64,000 bases of DNA from Convolutriloba macropyga (lineage: Eukaryota): positions 13,268,001 through 13,332,000 of the forward strand of contig NC_134475.1 of the NCBI RefSeq assembly GCF_964194025.1. Reading direction: 5' to 3'. A model generated the notes under the pieces. That model saw only the letters and a list, made by a program, of their open reading frames with translations, ran no database searches and was not told the origin of the DNA. Position numbers and translations under genes: made by a program. Of this stretch, positions 11,969 to 25,373 are shown piece after piece (position 1 is the first letter of the stretch; every line of letters starts with the position of its first letter).

Positions 11969-13210
11969 TCAACATTTTAATAGAAGGAATTTCTATTTTG
12001 AAGTTTGAAATTCTTAAAATTTATTGCCTATCGATCTATGAGCCACTGATTTTTTAATTGTTCGAATTGGGTTACTGGATAGCCTCTAGAGACACAGAAA
12101 TGATTCTGAAGATATTTATATCACAATTTTCAGCAACATTTTCTTATAACTTGCAATTGATTTCTTTTTTTATCTTAAATTTTTTGGTCATTTTCAAGAT
12201 AATCGATCTTCAAGGGCCAATGAGTATTTTTCAGGTATTGCAGATATAATACTGGACTGATTTCAGAAACAAAAATTGGTTTTGAACATATTTTTGTAAT
12301 AGGTGTTTAAAGGGAAAAAGTTTTGCCCTAGGTTTAAAAGCTTCAAGAGTTTTAGCAATGAGTTTGTTTTTGTTTAGTTTTGATTCTTTTAGTTACTCAA
12401 TTCTTTTGTGATTTTTGTGTTCTGGCTGGCATTGTTCAATTGATCTGCTGATCAGGTAGAGTGCGTCCAAGTTTTTCATTCAATTCTTTGAATTGTATTT
12501 CAGGACTTGTCCTGCTATGTTTTTTACTTCGTCGAATAAAGAAATGTTTCGCTTTACCTCATTTTGCCGCCTTTTCAACATTTTGCGTGAAATATTTTTG
12601 ACTTCTCTAGGCTAGTTTCTCTCTTCTCTCATTCTGCTAAAAGTGAATTTGAACATCAGTTGCTCAGCAAATCAATTCAAAATGAAAAGAGTCAGTGTAA
12701 AAAATTGAAGTCAGAAATAGAAACGGGATAAACCCATAAAGCCCAATTTTAGATGACCGCTATTTGAACGTCGTTCCTATAAGTTTTATTTACCATCTCT
12801 AATGCTTATTGTTATTGATAGTAGCCCCTGTAGCCTCTCTATAAGAAACAGAAGTATGTTCAACTACGAAATGCCATCAAAATAAATCGGACTTAAATAA
12901 AATGTTTTTGTACAAAAATCTTTTTTTTTTCAATATCTTCTGTTATTTCAATCCCAATCATGCTTATTGGAATCAACGGCGGCTATTTTCCGGCAATCTG
13001 CCGGGTATGTTTGGTATTGATAGTAGCCACTGTAGCCTCTCTCTAAGAAACAGAAGTATGTTCAACTACGAAATGCCATCAAAATAAATCAGACTTAAAA
13101 ATGTTTTCGTACAAAAATGTTTTTTTTTTCAATATCTTCTATTCTTTCAATCACAATCATGCTTATTGGAATCAATGGCGGCTATTTTCCGGCAATCTGC
13201 CGGGTATGTT
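10318..13210 (+). mobile_element. A' element containing a second A'[B'] (10649-13011; B' = ~10700-12521)
   Basis: Two aatagccgccctcatc 5' ends and two ggcggctattttccggcaatctgccgggtatgtt 3' ends; the outer body resumes at 13012. Confidence 0.75.
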
Positions 13211-13556
13211 TATGGTTTTGCGGGCATGCTAGTTTTTCTTAATTCCCATAAGGGGATTGAAATTAAAAGGACCATTCGTCCAGATATGAAGTTCAACTTA
13301 CTCTTTGCAAGTTGAAACTGCAGAAATATTTGAAAGAAGTTTACAATGACCTTCAGAGAGTGGTGTAGAATCACGCACACGCGCACCCCCGAAGTGAAGT
13401 GCTTTTACTTAATTTAACTTTTAGTCAAGATTTAGAAGTACAGTACAACTTTGCTCCTGAGTTTACCATGTCTTTCATAACTAACTGTTTTGCACCATCT
13501 GATCCATCCACGGAGTGTGTTGGTTGGAGAAAATGTTGCCAATCATGTAATTTCAG

Positions 13557-13803
13557 GTGTTCTGCGGACAAATTGGAAGACCATGGCTGTTTCATCCTTG
13601 ACAACGGTCTTCTGATGGTGTTATGGCTGGGCCAGGCCACAAGTCCCAACTGGATGCAGCAGGTTTTCGGAGTGGACTCAGTCAATCAGCTGGACACGGA
13701 AGGTGCTGGAAGGCACACGATACCAGTGTCAGAAACACCTCTCAATGAGAAACTAAGAGGCATCATATCTTCAATCAGATCTCAGCGCAAAAAGTATCTC
13801 AAG
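13557..13803 (+). CDS. SEC24C: SEC24C/D exon (gelsolin-like domain)
   Basis: (R)CSADKLEDHGCFILDNGLLMVLWLG...IRSQRKKYLK; tttcag acceptor, phase consistent. Confidence 0.92.
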
Positions 13804-13969
13804 GTACGCAGTTCAATATGAACATAAAAATCGCCTCTTCCAAACTCTTTAATAGTTACAATTGTGAAAGCTGGGTTTCTTTCCGCTCGCTCTTCTTCTT
13901 TGGGGCCGTAACAATAGGTCATGCGCAACAAAGTGGGCTGGGTTTTTTAATCAAATTACTAAGATTTTT

Positions 13970-16504
13970 AATAGCCGCGTTAAAAATCTTTTAATAGCTG
14001 GGGCTATTATTGGCCTTCTCTTGGTTTTTTACAATTCAAAGAATTTGAATTGTATTGGGGCGCTGTCTTGTTTTACGACTCGAAGAGGAGTATTGGAGAA
14101 GTCCTTTTTTTTTAATCAATTTTATTGGAGTGATTTTTAAAGCGGGAAATGAAACGCGTGAAAAAATTTGGAGTGGTTTTTGTGCTGAACAAAATTGAAG
14201 AGTGGAGCGAAAAGAGAGTGGTTTTTGTTCATACCGCTGTTTTTGAGAAAGCGATAAATTGATGTGTGAAAAAATTTTCTCTAAGCGAGCGAAATTTTTT
14301 TGTTCACATGCGGCTTTTTAAAACCGTTTTTTTGTTATTTTTTTTTGGTTTAGAGGTGTGATTATGATATTGTGGGATGCTTAGGGTTGTTTTAATAGTG
14401 GTTCGCAAGTTTTTGGTCATTAATAAGATTTTTATACCATTTTGCTGGTTTTTCAGCTATTTTGCTGAGTTTTAGACGAATTTTAGCAATTTTTTGCGTT
14501 TTGTTTTGTTATAATGCTTTGTAATGGCTTTCAATAGACGCATGTTAGTAACTGAGTTTTTAGATACCAAGTGATTACATTCCCTTAGGTTGGAAACGAT
14601 TTTTTTGTTTAGAAAAATGACAATAAACTGAAAAATTTCGAATTATTTTTCTTAATTTTTTGCTGTTTTTCGTTTTTTTTTTAAACTTCGAAAAATTTTT
14701 CAGCCTATTCGACTTTCCTATTGTTTTCGAAGCCTTCCAGTACTAATTCGCTCCAATAAACGTTTTTTGGGTCTATGTGCTCCCGTGAGATTAAAAAAAA
14801 GCTCAATTTTTTCTATGATTTTTTTTCAATTTTTTTTAAATGCCCTTTGTGTTCTTCAATTTTTTATAGCATTTGGGGATGCCTATAGTCCAAATTAGTT
14901 GTCCTTGATGCGTGTTGATGATTTTGATTTTAGTTTTGAATCATTTTGTTAAAGATAATTGAGTAACTTTTATGAAGAGTTCCGCAAATTTTTTTTTGGA
15001 ATTTTTGCTGAGTTCTTCTGATTGTCTGCTTTTTGCTAGTTTCTAGTGGTCTAGCTTTCGATAGGAGCTTTTCTAGAGGTTTTGTTGAAATATATTTAGT
15101 GCACTTTTCAATGACAAATATCACTAACTTTTCTTAAACACTAACTTTTTTTCTATTTTTTTTCGTTCTTCGTTTTTACTCATATAAATAAACAATGATT
15201 TGGATTGGTGGACACTTGACCAGATGTAGTATTAAAAGTTTTTTGAAATAATGATTTGATTCCAGCATAATGGTATTTGATTCATTATTTGTGGCCAATT
15301 TTTTTGTTTTTTTTACAGAAAATAATTTGGTTTTGTTTTTCATTTCCTTTCTTTTACCTTCGTTTATTCTACTTGAAATTTGTGTTTGGTTTTTGTCTCA
15401 AATAGCAGTGATTCAACAAAATTAAACTAAACCTATTTCACGGGTTTTCGCCAAAAGTTGTTTTTAAACTTGCAACTCAATTTAAAATTTTTATCACGTG
15501 CTTTATCGTCTTTTCTGGTCAGTTATTTTTTCATAGTTTTTTCTTTTTTTTTGTTTTAAAGTGACAAGTGTTATTCAGTAGGATAAGCATTATGTTAGCT
15601 ATTGTGGTCAATGAGTAGAATAAGTTTTATGTTTGTTAGGGGCGTTCGTTTTTTCCTTCGAGTCGCTTCCGGAATTCTTCCGGCTATGTTTTTTTTTAAG
15701 ATCTGTTCACACATTTTCATGATTTTTGAAGTCAAATTGGAGTAGTGATTTTGGTCACGCCGAAACAGGAAGTGGAGCGAAAAAGCGAGTGGTTTTGCGG
15801 CGTGAAATTTTTTCGATCTAAATTTAAAGTAGAGTGAGAAAACGGGGTTTGAGCAAAAATTCGCTTTCTCGCTAGTGGTTTTTTGTTCACATGCGGCAAT
15901 TTCACTTTGATTTTTACGGTTTTTTCGATTTTTTGGATCGGATTTTTTTCTAAATGGTTTTCTCAATCTATTCATAGTCCGTTCTTGGTCTAGTTTTCTG
16001 TTTAGTCAATGAAAATTCTTTGAATTGCACGTCAGGACTTGTCCTGCTATGTTTTTTATTTCGTCATCATGATTTTTGTTACGACCATATGACGTCACAG
16101 CCACTTTTTGTTCATTCGTTCATGCAATTTCAACTGAATTGCATGTGTGACGTCATTTTTCGCTCTTAGTGGAGCGAGTTATTTGTTCATGCGCCTGATT
16201 AAATTTTTGGTCACACTTGACTTACCTCACTCTCAAAAGTGACTTCCTCAATTTGAAATTGACTTTTATTTACTTTAATTGAAAGTGATAAGGTCAAATG
16301 TGTGTGTGTGTCACTCTAAATGAAGGTTATTTGAGATCAGCTAATAAAGGCAGCAATAACATATACAGAGTTTTAATCAAAATATAACAGATCAGCCTTC
16401 AATGAAAAGACGAAATTTTTTTAGTCTGTCTTTTTTACTGTTTTTTTAGACTGTCGATCTACGAATCTATTGCGGCTATTTTCTGGCAATCTGCCAGCTA
16501 TGTT
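13970..16504 (+). mobile_element. Composite A[B[C]]; B = ~14030-16053, C = ~14074-15690
   Basis: Same nested terminus order as 4068-5770, longer C body. Confidence 0.78.
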
Positions 16505-16647
16505 CTGTTTTTGCTTTCGAACAATCCATCCCGTATTCGTCCCATTTCCAGCCAAACTGTTTGATCATATTTCCAAATTTTGACAATTTTTTTCAAACAT
16601 TGTGGAACATTTTTTATCAGTTGGGAAAATTTGAAGTACGTCTTTAT

Positions 16648-17187
16648 AATAGCCGCGAAGCGATAACGGCTATTATTGGGGACATCGTGTTTTTTTTTAA
16701 TTCGTCGTCTCCATCGATGATTCTTGCGACCGTTGAATTTATCAATTTCAGTGACTTCTACCTTTGCAGTTAAAGTTTGTGTACGTGACGTCATTTGTTC
16801 TGCTTTTAGGTCAATTGCGTGACTTACCTCACTAAAAAATGCCTTCTGAACGCACTTAATGAACTTCAAATTTTATGAACATTTACTAGTTAAAGATCAA
16901 TAGTAAGCATCTAAATAGTGCCAAACGTATATGCCCTAATTCTTGAGTATTAGAGTCTCCAGTTTTTGATTTTAGATTTTAATTCTGAAAAAGCTCTATT
17001 AGGGCTTTTTCCTTATAGAGCTTATGTGTCTCATAAAAATGACAGTCCGAATCTAACTCAAAAAGTCTGGTGGTCTATTAAAGGGCTGGTGGTCAATCTG
17101 TCTATCTTATTTCGTCATTTGGTTCAATTCCATGGAAGGCCATAAGCGTCTATCGCCGCTATTTTACGGAAATCTGCGGGCTATGTT
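16648..17187 (+). mobile_element. Solo A'' element
   Basis: aatagccgcg...cggctatt 5' module, body homologous to ~1900-2400, degenerate 3' hairpin + ctatgtt. Confidence 0.7.
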
Positions 17188-17959
17188 GAGAAAAAGGCAC
17201 ATAAAACCCGTTCAAATTAATAGGCAAAAATTGCATTTTTCGACGTTATCTACCTGTAATTAATTATTACTCTTTCCGATAGCTGAGTGGAGCTGTTGCT
17301 AATTTTCTCCTGGTCAATTGCTCTCAAACGCAGTTTGTAGCAATTATATTAATCCTGTGGTCTTTTTTATGCGATTTTTTGCTTGACGGATTTTTTGTCT
17401 GACCGAATTGAGTTATCGTCCTCAAAAACGGAAAAAACAGGTAACGCTCCGAGGGCGTTTAGTATATGTTGAAACAAAAACTTAGTCGCCCGAGGGACTT
17501 GTTGCGAACTACTACAATGGTCACTTAGCTTAGCTGTAAGCTATTTACAATACGATAAGGAAAGAAATACCATGATTCTTTAAAGGTTTCTCGGGTGATA
17601 TGAATTATGCAAACTATTTTAAATTCAAAAATTTTTTGAATTACTGTCACAAACTTAGCCATTGTTTTCTTGACCTCATGCAAGATTATTAAAGTATTGA
17701 AATCTATTTGTCACCGTCAGTTCTTTAAATGAACGGCATGATGTTTTAATCCACTTAGAATATTCGCCCAATTTAACAGTAAATGTAGTTATCAAAAATG
17801 GCATTATTGTTTCAGTATTATCATATCGTTATCGTATCAGTTGTATTTATCAGTAGTATATGTCACGCCCCTATTTCGTGCCTCATAGTTACGTGATGAT
17901 TTTCCTTTAAATATCCATAAATAGTGCTATAATTTAGTTCATATTCAGATAGATCTCAA

Positions 17960-18400
17960 GGCCATATATAGCCAGTATTTCCATCTAGGCCTGTAACCCC
18001 TAATTTGTTTTTGTTTACTAAAAACAACCGCAGATTGACAGTTTACTGATAAACATTTTAAGTACCTAAAAGCCTCAATATTTACCTTTTTGAGTTCCCT
18101 GACGATAAATTCACCTATTTGGTAAATAACTTCATGAGAAACTATGTACTTGGCGAAGTAATTATTCTGATAAAGTAGGTGTAATACGGAAGTTGTATAT
18201 GTACTTAACAAACATCAAGAGACGTACAAATTCGGAAATTTGCCAACTTATAGATCAGTAAATATTTTCGAAGGACCAATACAACTCAAGGTACAGCCCT
18301 GCGGAACACACAATAACCAGAACACCGGAGAACCAGCCTGACAATCAGTTGATCACAATCTCTCGAAAATATTAATAAAACTTGAAATTTTCTTATTGAT
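17960..18400 (-). mobile_element. possible highly degraded LINE reverse-transcriptase remnant
   Basis: Minus strand has gttccgcagggc (VPQG) then IGP; local composition is A-rich, unlike the flanking intron. Weak support. Confidence 0.3.
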
Positions 18401-19836
18401 ATTTGTTGATTAATTCTCATTAAAATAAAGATTGAACTGGAAAATCTTTATAAAATGCTACGTTAAAACAGGCTTTCTTAGAGCTTAATAATGACTGAGT
18501 AAATCTTTGAAATACAAGGCAATTAGTGGATATATCACGCATCTGAACCGCTCAATAAAAAGCTATTACTAGCTAACTTTATTCAAAATATATCTGCTAA
18601 AAATCGCACTGTGAAACATCTAAATAAGCCCTTGTACAATGACGATTATTCAAGTTAATTACTCCGAATATTAACCTCAATAACACCACGAGGAAGACTC
18701 TAAAAATCAGTGCGTAACAGTTTATGATCATATTCTAATAATAGGATGCCTCAATTCCTTTTAATTTTATTTTGCTCCTTTCAGAACTAATTTGTTGAGT
18801 GAGTGCTGTTTTAGCTTTTACTTTGATTTCCAATCATTTTGGTTTTGATTGGTTCATAATATGATATCTGTTGCTCTCATTCAGAGCTCTTATAAGAGCT
18901 GTTTGGGGCGCGCTTAATTGGCAGTACTTTAAGTCAACCTTCGATTGAATTAAAACCCAATTAAGTTTACACCTGCTGGATTTGACCTGCTGCAATCTTA
19001 TGAAGCAAATGTAGAGACGTACTCGGTTCTTGCAGAGCTATCGAGTCAACTTGAGTTGTCTTCATGGCAACCTGAACAAGTTTATTTGTGTTTAAATTAA
19101 CCGTCAGCTGCAAGCTTAATCTTCACAGTTACAAAGCGTTACAGAATTCAATCTAACGGCTGTTAATTTTGTCACTTTTCATTAAAATAGCAGCTATTAG
19201 CGAGCCGTAGTAGCAGTCAACCCTGTTCAAATGAGGCTCCTTAAGTTTCGGGTTAATAGCTGTCTAAGTTTAGTTCGTACAAAAGACGTGTTTTGTTTCT
19301 GCGTTACTATGTCTGTTTTTTATACTACTAACTCTTTTATAACTTATGTTTAATTAACGTCAGTGAAGTGATTCATTGATAATTTAGCTTATTGAGACCT
19401 TGTTGAATTATTACACAAGAGAAACAAGAATTGAATATATCTTAAGTTGAAAAAGGATTTGGTGATATTAATTGTGTAATAGTTATGCAGTTATGATCTC
19501 TGCATTGAAGTCTTTTCTTCCACCTGAATACAAGATTGCTATGCAACTGTTTTCATATGTTTGAAAATGTTATTTCTTTGCTTCGATCAGTTACGATTTT
19601 TGTTGTTGAGCTATTAAGGATGATTATGAGGGCGTAGGAGTTCTCTAGGTGATGCTTTAAAGCTTATTGTAATCAGAAGAAACTTGGAGGGGACAGGAAA
19701 GGGGTCCATTTAGACTTCAGGGTTCTTGTCTCATAAACCGCGAATAATCGTTTGCTAGTCTTTTGTAAAAAAAAATACAAATAGGCGATAGAGGATAATG
19801 AAGAGATCCGTAGAAGTTATTAGCTGTGTGTTTCAG

Positions 19837-19977
19837 TTGTACATCGTGAGGCAACGTGACAAGTTGGACATGTGGTTCAGGACAATGCTGCTGGAGGATA
19901 AAGGCATGGACAACTCACCCAGCTATGTGGACTTCCTATGCCACATGCACAAAGAGATCAGGAGCCTCCTCGCCTAA
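19837..19977 (+). CDS. SEC24C: SEC24C/D terminal exon (this frame is not in the ORF track)
   Basis: LYIVRQRDKLDMWFRTMLLEDKGMDNSPSYVDFLCHMHKEIRSLLA* is the SEC24C/D C-terminus; tttcag acceptor. Confidence 0.94.
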   Translation: MYIVRQRDKLDMWFRTMLLEDKGMDNSPSYVDFLCHMHKEIRSLLA

Positions 19978-21015
19978 TCAGTCACACCTACACAAACATA
20001 CATACATACACAAACAACCTCCAACTGATCATCAATTGTCTTCTCCATGTAATCGTGACACAAAAAATGAACCTAATCACGTGATATAAAACTCAATCAC
20101 GTGATTTTTTTTCTGTGTGAAACTTGTCGGTACTTGCTGGAGAGTATTGAGTAATGCGAAGGATATGTTTGTGATGAAAGTTGTGTGGTTGGATTGTTCA
20201 TAAGCGGAAGAATGTGACATTTTCTGATGTAGATTTGGATTTCACTTTTAGTATCTTATCGATTTGTTTTCGGCTAGTGTTTCTGAAAACTTTTTTGGAA
20301 TCTCTTAGATCCAACTAATAATTTTTTTAAAAATTCTAGAAAAAATTTTCATAAACTTGTTTTTTAATCATGGGTAAATTTGCTTTTACAATAGATTTGT
20401 GTAGTTTTCAGAGCGCTTCAATTTTGAGTTGGGAATATAAGAATGGTGTTATTTATTACTGCTGCATCTGTGATCAACAAGAATCGCTTGTTGTGTAAAA
20501 ATAGCAACCAAAATTGATATCGTATCGACTGATAGACAGTATAGATTAACTGGTCATTATCTCCCTCATTCTCATCATTCATTGGCTGATAGATTATGAT
20601 AAGTTTGTGGTTTTCACTTGTAAATTACCGTATTAGTGATAGGGTGTACAAAGCTCAAAATATATTCAAAATACTATTTGTTGTGCACTTTTTCGGATTT
20701 GGTGCTTTTGATGTCAATGTAATTGCTTCCGTGCTTATTGGTTTGGAAAAGAGTTATAAGCTGTTAATGGTTAATTTTATTCTCAAGTTAAATTGTGCAA
20801 AGTTGGGTGTTAATAATGTTATCATTTTGAGCAGGACAAACAAAATGTTAAAATTTATCGTATTAAAAGTAAAATGATGTGGTTAATTTTGAATTATTCC
20901 AATGTTGAACTATATAAAGCTCAAATTTAATTTCTTTATATCCTAACTATTTTATAGTCTCTCCTTAGCTAAATGTTTTAAAAAATAGTTCTAAACGAAG
21001 TTCACGGTATTACTG

Positions 21016-21021
21016 AATAAA
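21016..21021 (+). terminator. candidate polyadenylation signal for SEC24C
   Basis: AATAAA ~1 kb after the stop, followed by T/GT-rich sequence and then repeats. Confidence 0.4.
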
Positions 21022-21615
21022 ACTGTTAGTCATGTTTGTTCCGACCCACTATAGTGGGGGAGGAACTGTATAATCAAATGGGTTTTTTTTGTTCAGACAA
21101 TTTTGGCCGATCGATATAATCATCGTTGAGAGTTGTGAGTGGTATCATTAAAAAGCCCGTCGAGCGTATAATATGGAATTAAAAAGATTTTTTCAATTTT
21201 CACTTTTTATAGGGAGTTATCGAGGTTTAAATTTTTGAATATTAGACGTTTTTTTATCCGTTTTTATTCACTTTTTCGGTATTTTTGACCTAGTTTTCGT
21301 CCATTTTGCTAAAATTTGTTCAAATTGTTAAATGTAGTGTTATTAATTTTATCTCTAAAGATAGAGGAGGTTTGCTGGATCGTTCGGTCCGAGTTTGTTG
21401 GCCAGAATTTATGCTAAATTTTTCAAAATTCTAGTTTTTTTGGGGCCAAATTTGCTTTTTCAGCCGACTTGCTTTAAATTTGCTGGAAGTAAATACCTTA
21501 AAACTGCGGCCATATTCTTTTTAAGCTAACAATTGAGCTTTGAGCCCACTGGTTTTGAGAGTCTTCTGGAGTTATAATTTTGCCATTTTTTTGCAAATAT
21601 ACAAAATGCATTTTT

Positions 21616-22145
21616 ATAGCTGCGAAGCTGTAAGCTGAGCGTAGCTATATTGCGGTGCTCTTGTTTTTTTTTGTTTCGTCGTCTGACGCTCTTTTTTTTT
21701 GTTTTACATTTGTTCACACAGCAAAGCTGAAAAAGTCAAATTTTCTGAATGACTTCTTCTCACTAACGGCGTTTGCGCGTGACGTCATTTCTCACTCGCT
21801 TTAGCGAAATTTTTAGGTTATTTGCGTGATTAGATTTTGATCATACGTGACTTACCTCACTCAATAAAATGACTTTTGCACTTTAAAACTTAGGTTTAAT
21901 TTGAAGGTTTAAACCTTTGTTTAAGGTTAAAGGAACTCATATGTGCAGTAAAGGTCCCTAATAAGAGGCTTCTGTGGAATGATTTTTAACAAGCTTTATT
22001 GATTTATTGCTGAATGTTTTTTAGCCTAGTTTTTTGAGCGGCGTCGATTTTTTTTTCAATTTAGATCTGTATCTGTTTCTATCTCTATTATATGGCACGC
22101 AGGTCTATTCTTTCGCAGCTATTCCGGCAATCTGCCGGCTATGTT
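21616..22145 (+). mobile_element. Solo A-related element with variant subterminal IRs
   Basis: 5' atagctgcgaa pairs with 3' ttcgcagctat, followed by ccggcaatctgccgg-ctatgtt; carries the gacttacctcac core. Confidence 0.7.
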
Positions 22146-23286
22146 TATTTTTGGCAAGCTGAAAGATTTTGTTAAAAAAATTGATCTCTTTTGCAACATT
22201 TTGAACAAATGAGTATTTTGTTAGACGGAAAGCAACATCTGGGTTGATCATGATCCCGCCATGGATCCTTACGATAAAAAATTTTTTAGATTTTAATGGG
22301 GTGCGACCTTTTTCAAAATTTTTCCGCTATGTAAATGATTTTTATGTATACTTTTTTTTACTTACAAGAATTTCAAATCAGGTTTCAATTAATGAAAGAT
22401 ACTATTTAAAAAAAATGAGACGCAACGAGACAATATTACCGTTTCAGAGTCAAGCGCGTGGTTTCTATGGCTCTGACCAATTGTTTTCGTAAAAAAAATT
22501 ATGTTCTTCATCTGTTTGTTTTTTTGACTTTCAAATTCAAATGAAAAAAGATTTTTTTCCAATTGTATCATTTGCTTCCATTTTCGTAACCATGTGACTT
22601 AGTCTCTCTAATTAGAAGTATAAATTACTTTTCTCGATTGAAGCCTTTTTTATACGTTTCGCGCTTGGTTATACCTTGTGACTGATTGCTTCGACCACTA
22701 ATTTCATAAAAAATTGCTCGAGTTTTCTATTTTGTTTAATTTCTTGGTTTCTTTTTGTTGTCATGTCTACGTAATCCTTCTAGAAGGAAGACTCTTTGAT
22801 GTTAAAATGAGGTGAAATCGCCGATATACAGTTCTTGCAGGCAACATATTATAGTTATAGTGCCTTGAACAGTGTGATCTCTCAAAATTGTTTGAAGTTT
22901 TGGCTTCTTTATATATTTGTTTTTATTTTGAGGGGTCGTGACTTAGTCTCATTATAAACAGGCCCAATTGGCTTCCTGAGGTATTGCATTTTAATCTATC
23001 GATGTTTTAAAAATCTTTTTAAATTCTGTTATGACTTTTGAAAATATTTGTTTTCGAAAACATAGTTGGGTTTTTGAGCTTCGTCATTTTTAAGAAATAA
23101 TTTCGGTCGATTTGTAGCTCAGTCTCTGTAAGCACAGGTCACAACCCGTTTCCAGTGATCTATAGTTTAAACTCTATAACGGTTTTAGCTTCGAACATTT
23201 GCTTTTCGCTTTTGTTACTGCTGTTACTAAGAGATTTCATAAATTATTTGAGATTTTTTTAATTGTACATTTTTTAGGATTTTTTT

Positions 23287-23783
23287 AATAGCCGCACAGC
23301 GATAGCTGGGGCTATTATTGGCCTTCTCTTGGTTTTTTTCATTTCGTCGTCATGATTTTTGTTATGACCATATGACGTCACAACCACTTTTTGTTCATTC
23401 GTTCATGCAATTTCAACTGAATTGCATGTGTGACGTCATTTTTCGCTCTTAGTGGAGCGAGTTTTTTTGTTCATGCTTGTGACTAAATTTTTGGTCACAC
23501 TTGACTTACCTCACTCTCAAAAATGACTTCCTCACTTTGAAATTGACTTTTATTTACTTTAATTCAAAGAGATAAGGTCAAATGGGTGTGTCCTTCTAAA
23601 TGAAGGTTATTTGAGATCAGCTAATAGAGGCAGCAATAACTTGTACAGATTTTAATAAAAATATAACAGATCAGCCTTCAATGAAAAGACGAATTTTTTT
23701 GGTCGGTCTTTTTTACTGTTTTTTTAAGACTGCCGATCTACAAATCTATTGCGGCTATTTTCTGGCAATCTGCCAGCTATGTT
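23287..23783 (+). mobile_element. Solo A element (~500 bp, empty nesting site)
   Basis: A 5' module runs via a T-run directly into the A body (atttcgtcgtc...), complete 3' module. Confidence 0.8.
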
Positions 23784-25020
23784 TTAATTTATAACAATAA
23801 TCTTTGGTCCCATTGGCTTTGAAATTTTGCGCAATGAAACATTGGATAATGACTTGTTTCAATTGCTTCCTATGTAGATATAAATGAACATTTTAGGGAT
23901 TTCAGGTAAATTAATTCTTTTCAAAAATAGGAAGTTTTTTTGAACTTCGCACCTTTTTGCTGTTTTTTGTCGACCTATTAACCAGTCGCTTTGAGGACAG
24001 GTTCCATATTTTTTCTAATGATGTATAGGTTAAATTGTTTCGTTTAGAGTTCACCTGACGCGAGTTTGATTTTGTTATGATTTTCTTTTTATTATAGAAA
24101 TCGAGTTTTGGTCGTAAATAAAGTTTGTTGTTTTATATTTTTTATTGTCCTTTCTAGTAGTCATATTATCAACAACGTCAAGAATATGGATGAGTTGGGT
24201 CGGAACCTTATGTGCGTACGCACATTACCGAGCCTCCTTGTCAATATACTCAATCAAATCGGATTAAACTATCATTATGTTATTATAAAAGAAGGCTGGT
24301 TTTTGTTTTCCGCCCTGTCTTTCAATTCGATTTTGGTAAGACAAATTTTCTCAAGTTTATTTGATGAAGTCACCCAGAAAAGTCTTGGCATGGTTGCATT
24401 TATTAGCACCGTATCCGGACAAGACAATATCAAACGAAAAGTCCTTAAATAAATGCATAATTATCACAGACAAAACATTCTGGGAAAGCTTGGAAGATAA
24501 AATTTGAAGTGATCAACAGTAATCAACTTCGGTCGAATGGGCAAATAAACAATCACACTTGAAGAACTGATACTTGTACAAATCCTCCTGAAATTAACGA
24601 AACTTCCTAAATGCGCTACGTATTCGATTGCTAATTGAAATGGATTATTAGGTATTGATGAAAAGTTTAAGAATGTTTTTGCATACAATCGAAGCGATAA
24701 CTTGAAGATTTGAAGACCGCGGTCATTCAAACCTCTCTCCTCAATTTTTCCCACTGACGTATTGTTTCTTCAAAAACTCACGTGCAAGATTCAGATGCCA
24801 TCTTGGAATACCGGAATCTGTAATGCCAGATTTTCATATAAAGTTTCAGATTTTACAGCTTGCAATGTGCGTGTTTCAAGCAAGGTTACGACTGCGCAAG
24901 ACACTTGCAATTTCTGACACAATTCTCCAACCAATACGCGGTTCTCAACTGAAGCATGCCAGATTTTCTCGTTGAATTCATCAGAGTTACGTAACATTTA
25001 CATTAGCAGTAGTTAATGTG

Positions 25021-25032
25021 TTACATTTTCAG
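25021..25032 (+). promoter_or_regulatory. 3' splice acceptor 16 nt upstream of DCTN5 ATG (candidate trans-splice site)
   Basis: ttacattttcag|attttgatggtgtgagATG. Confidence 0.55.
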
Positions 25033-25048
25033 ATTTTGATGGTGTGAG

Positions 25049-25215
25049 ATGGAGCTGCCAGAGAGGACGTACATCTCACAAGAATACATAGAGACTGCAT
25101 CTGGCAACAAAGTGTGCAGGAATTCAGTCCTCTGTGGAAGTCAGAACATCATTCTCAATGGAAAGAGCATCATACATGAGAGCTGTATCATTAGGGGAGA
25201 CTTAGCTGGATGCAG
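25049..25215 (+). CDS. DCTN5: dynactin subunit 5 (p25) exon 1 (not in ORF track)
   Basis: [42 protein letters not shown]...CIIRGDLA is the DCTN5 N-terminus; phase-2 donor at 25216. Confidence 0.93.
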
Positions 25216-25373
25216 GTTAAAATCTTAGCCAGATTACCAGATTTATCTCCCATGATTGACATTGAATTGTATTCATACCTCAAGTCGCCTCTTGAAGCAG
25301 GTTATCAAAGAAAAGAGAAAAAACTGCTCCTTGTAAAAATGAAGAAAACTTAACAAAATTTCATGTTTAAAAG

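Noticed and set aside
24464-24997. Two minus-strand ORFs divergent from DCTN5
   Set aside because: Non-ATG or unsupported starts, no recognisable family, no clear splice structure.
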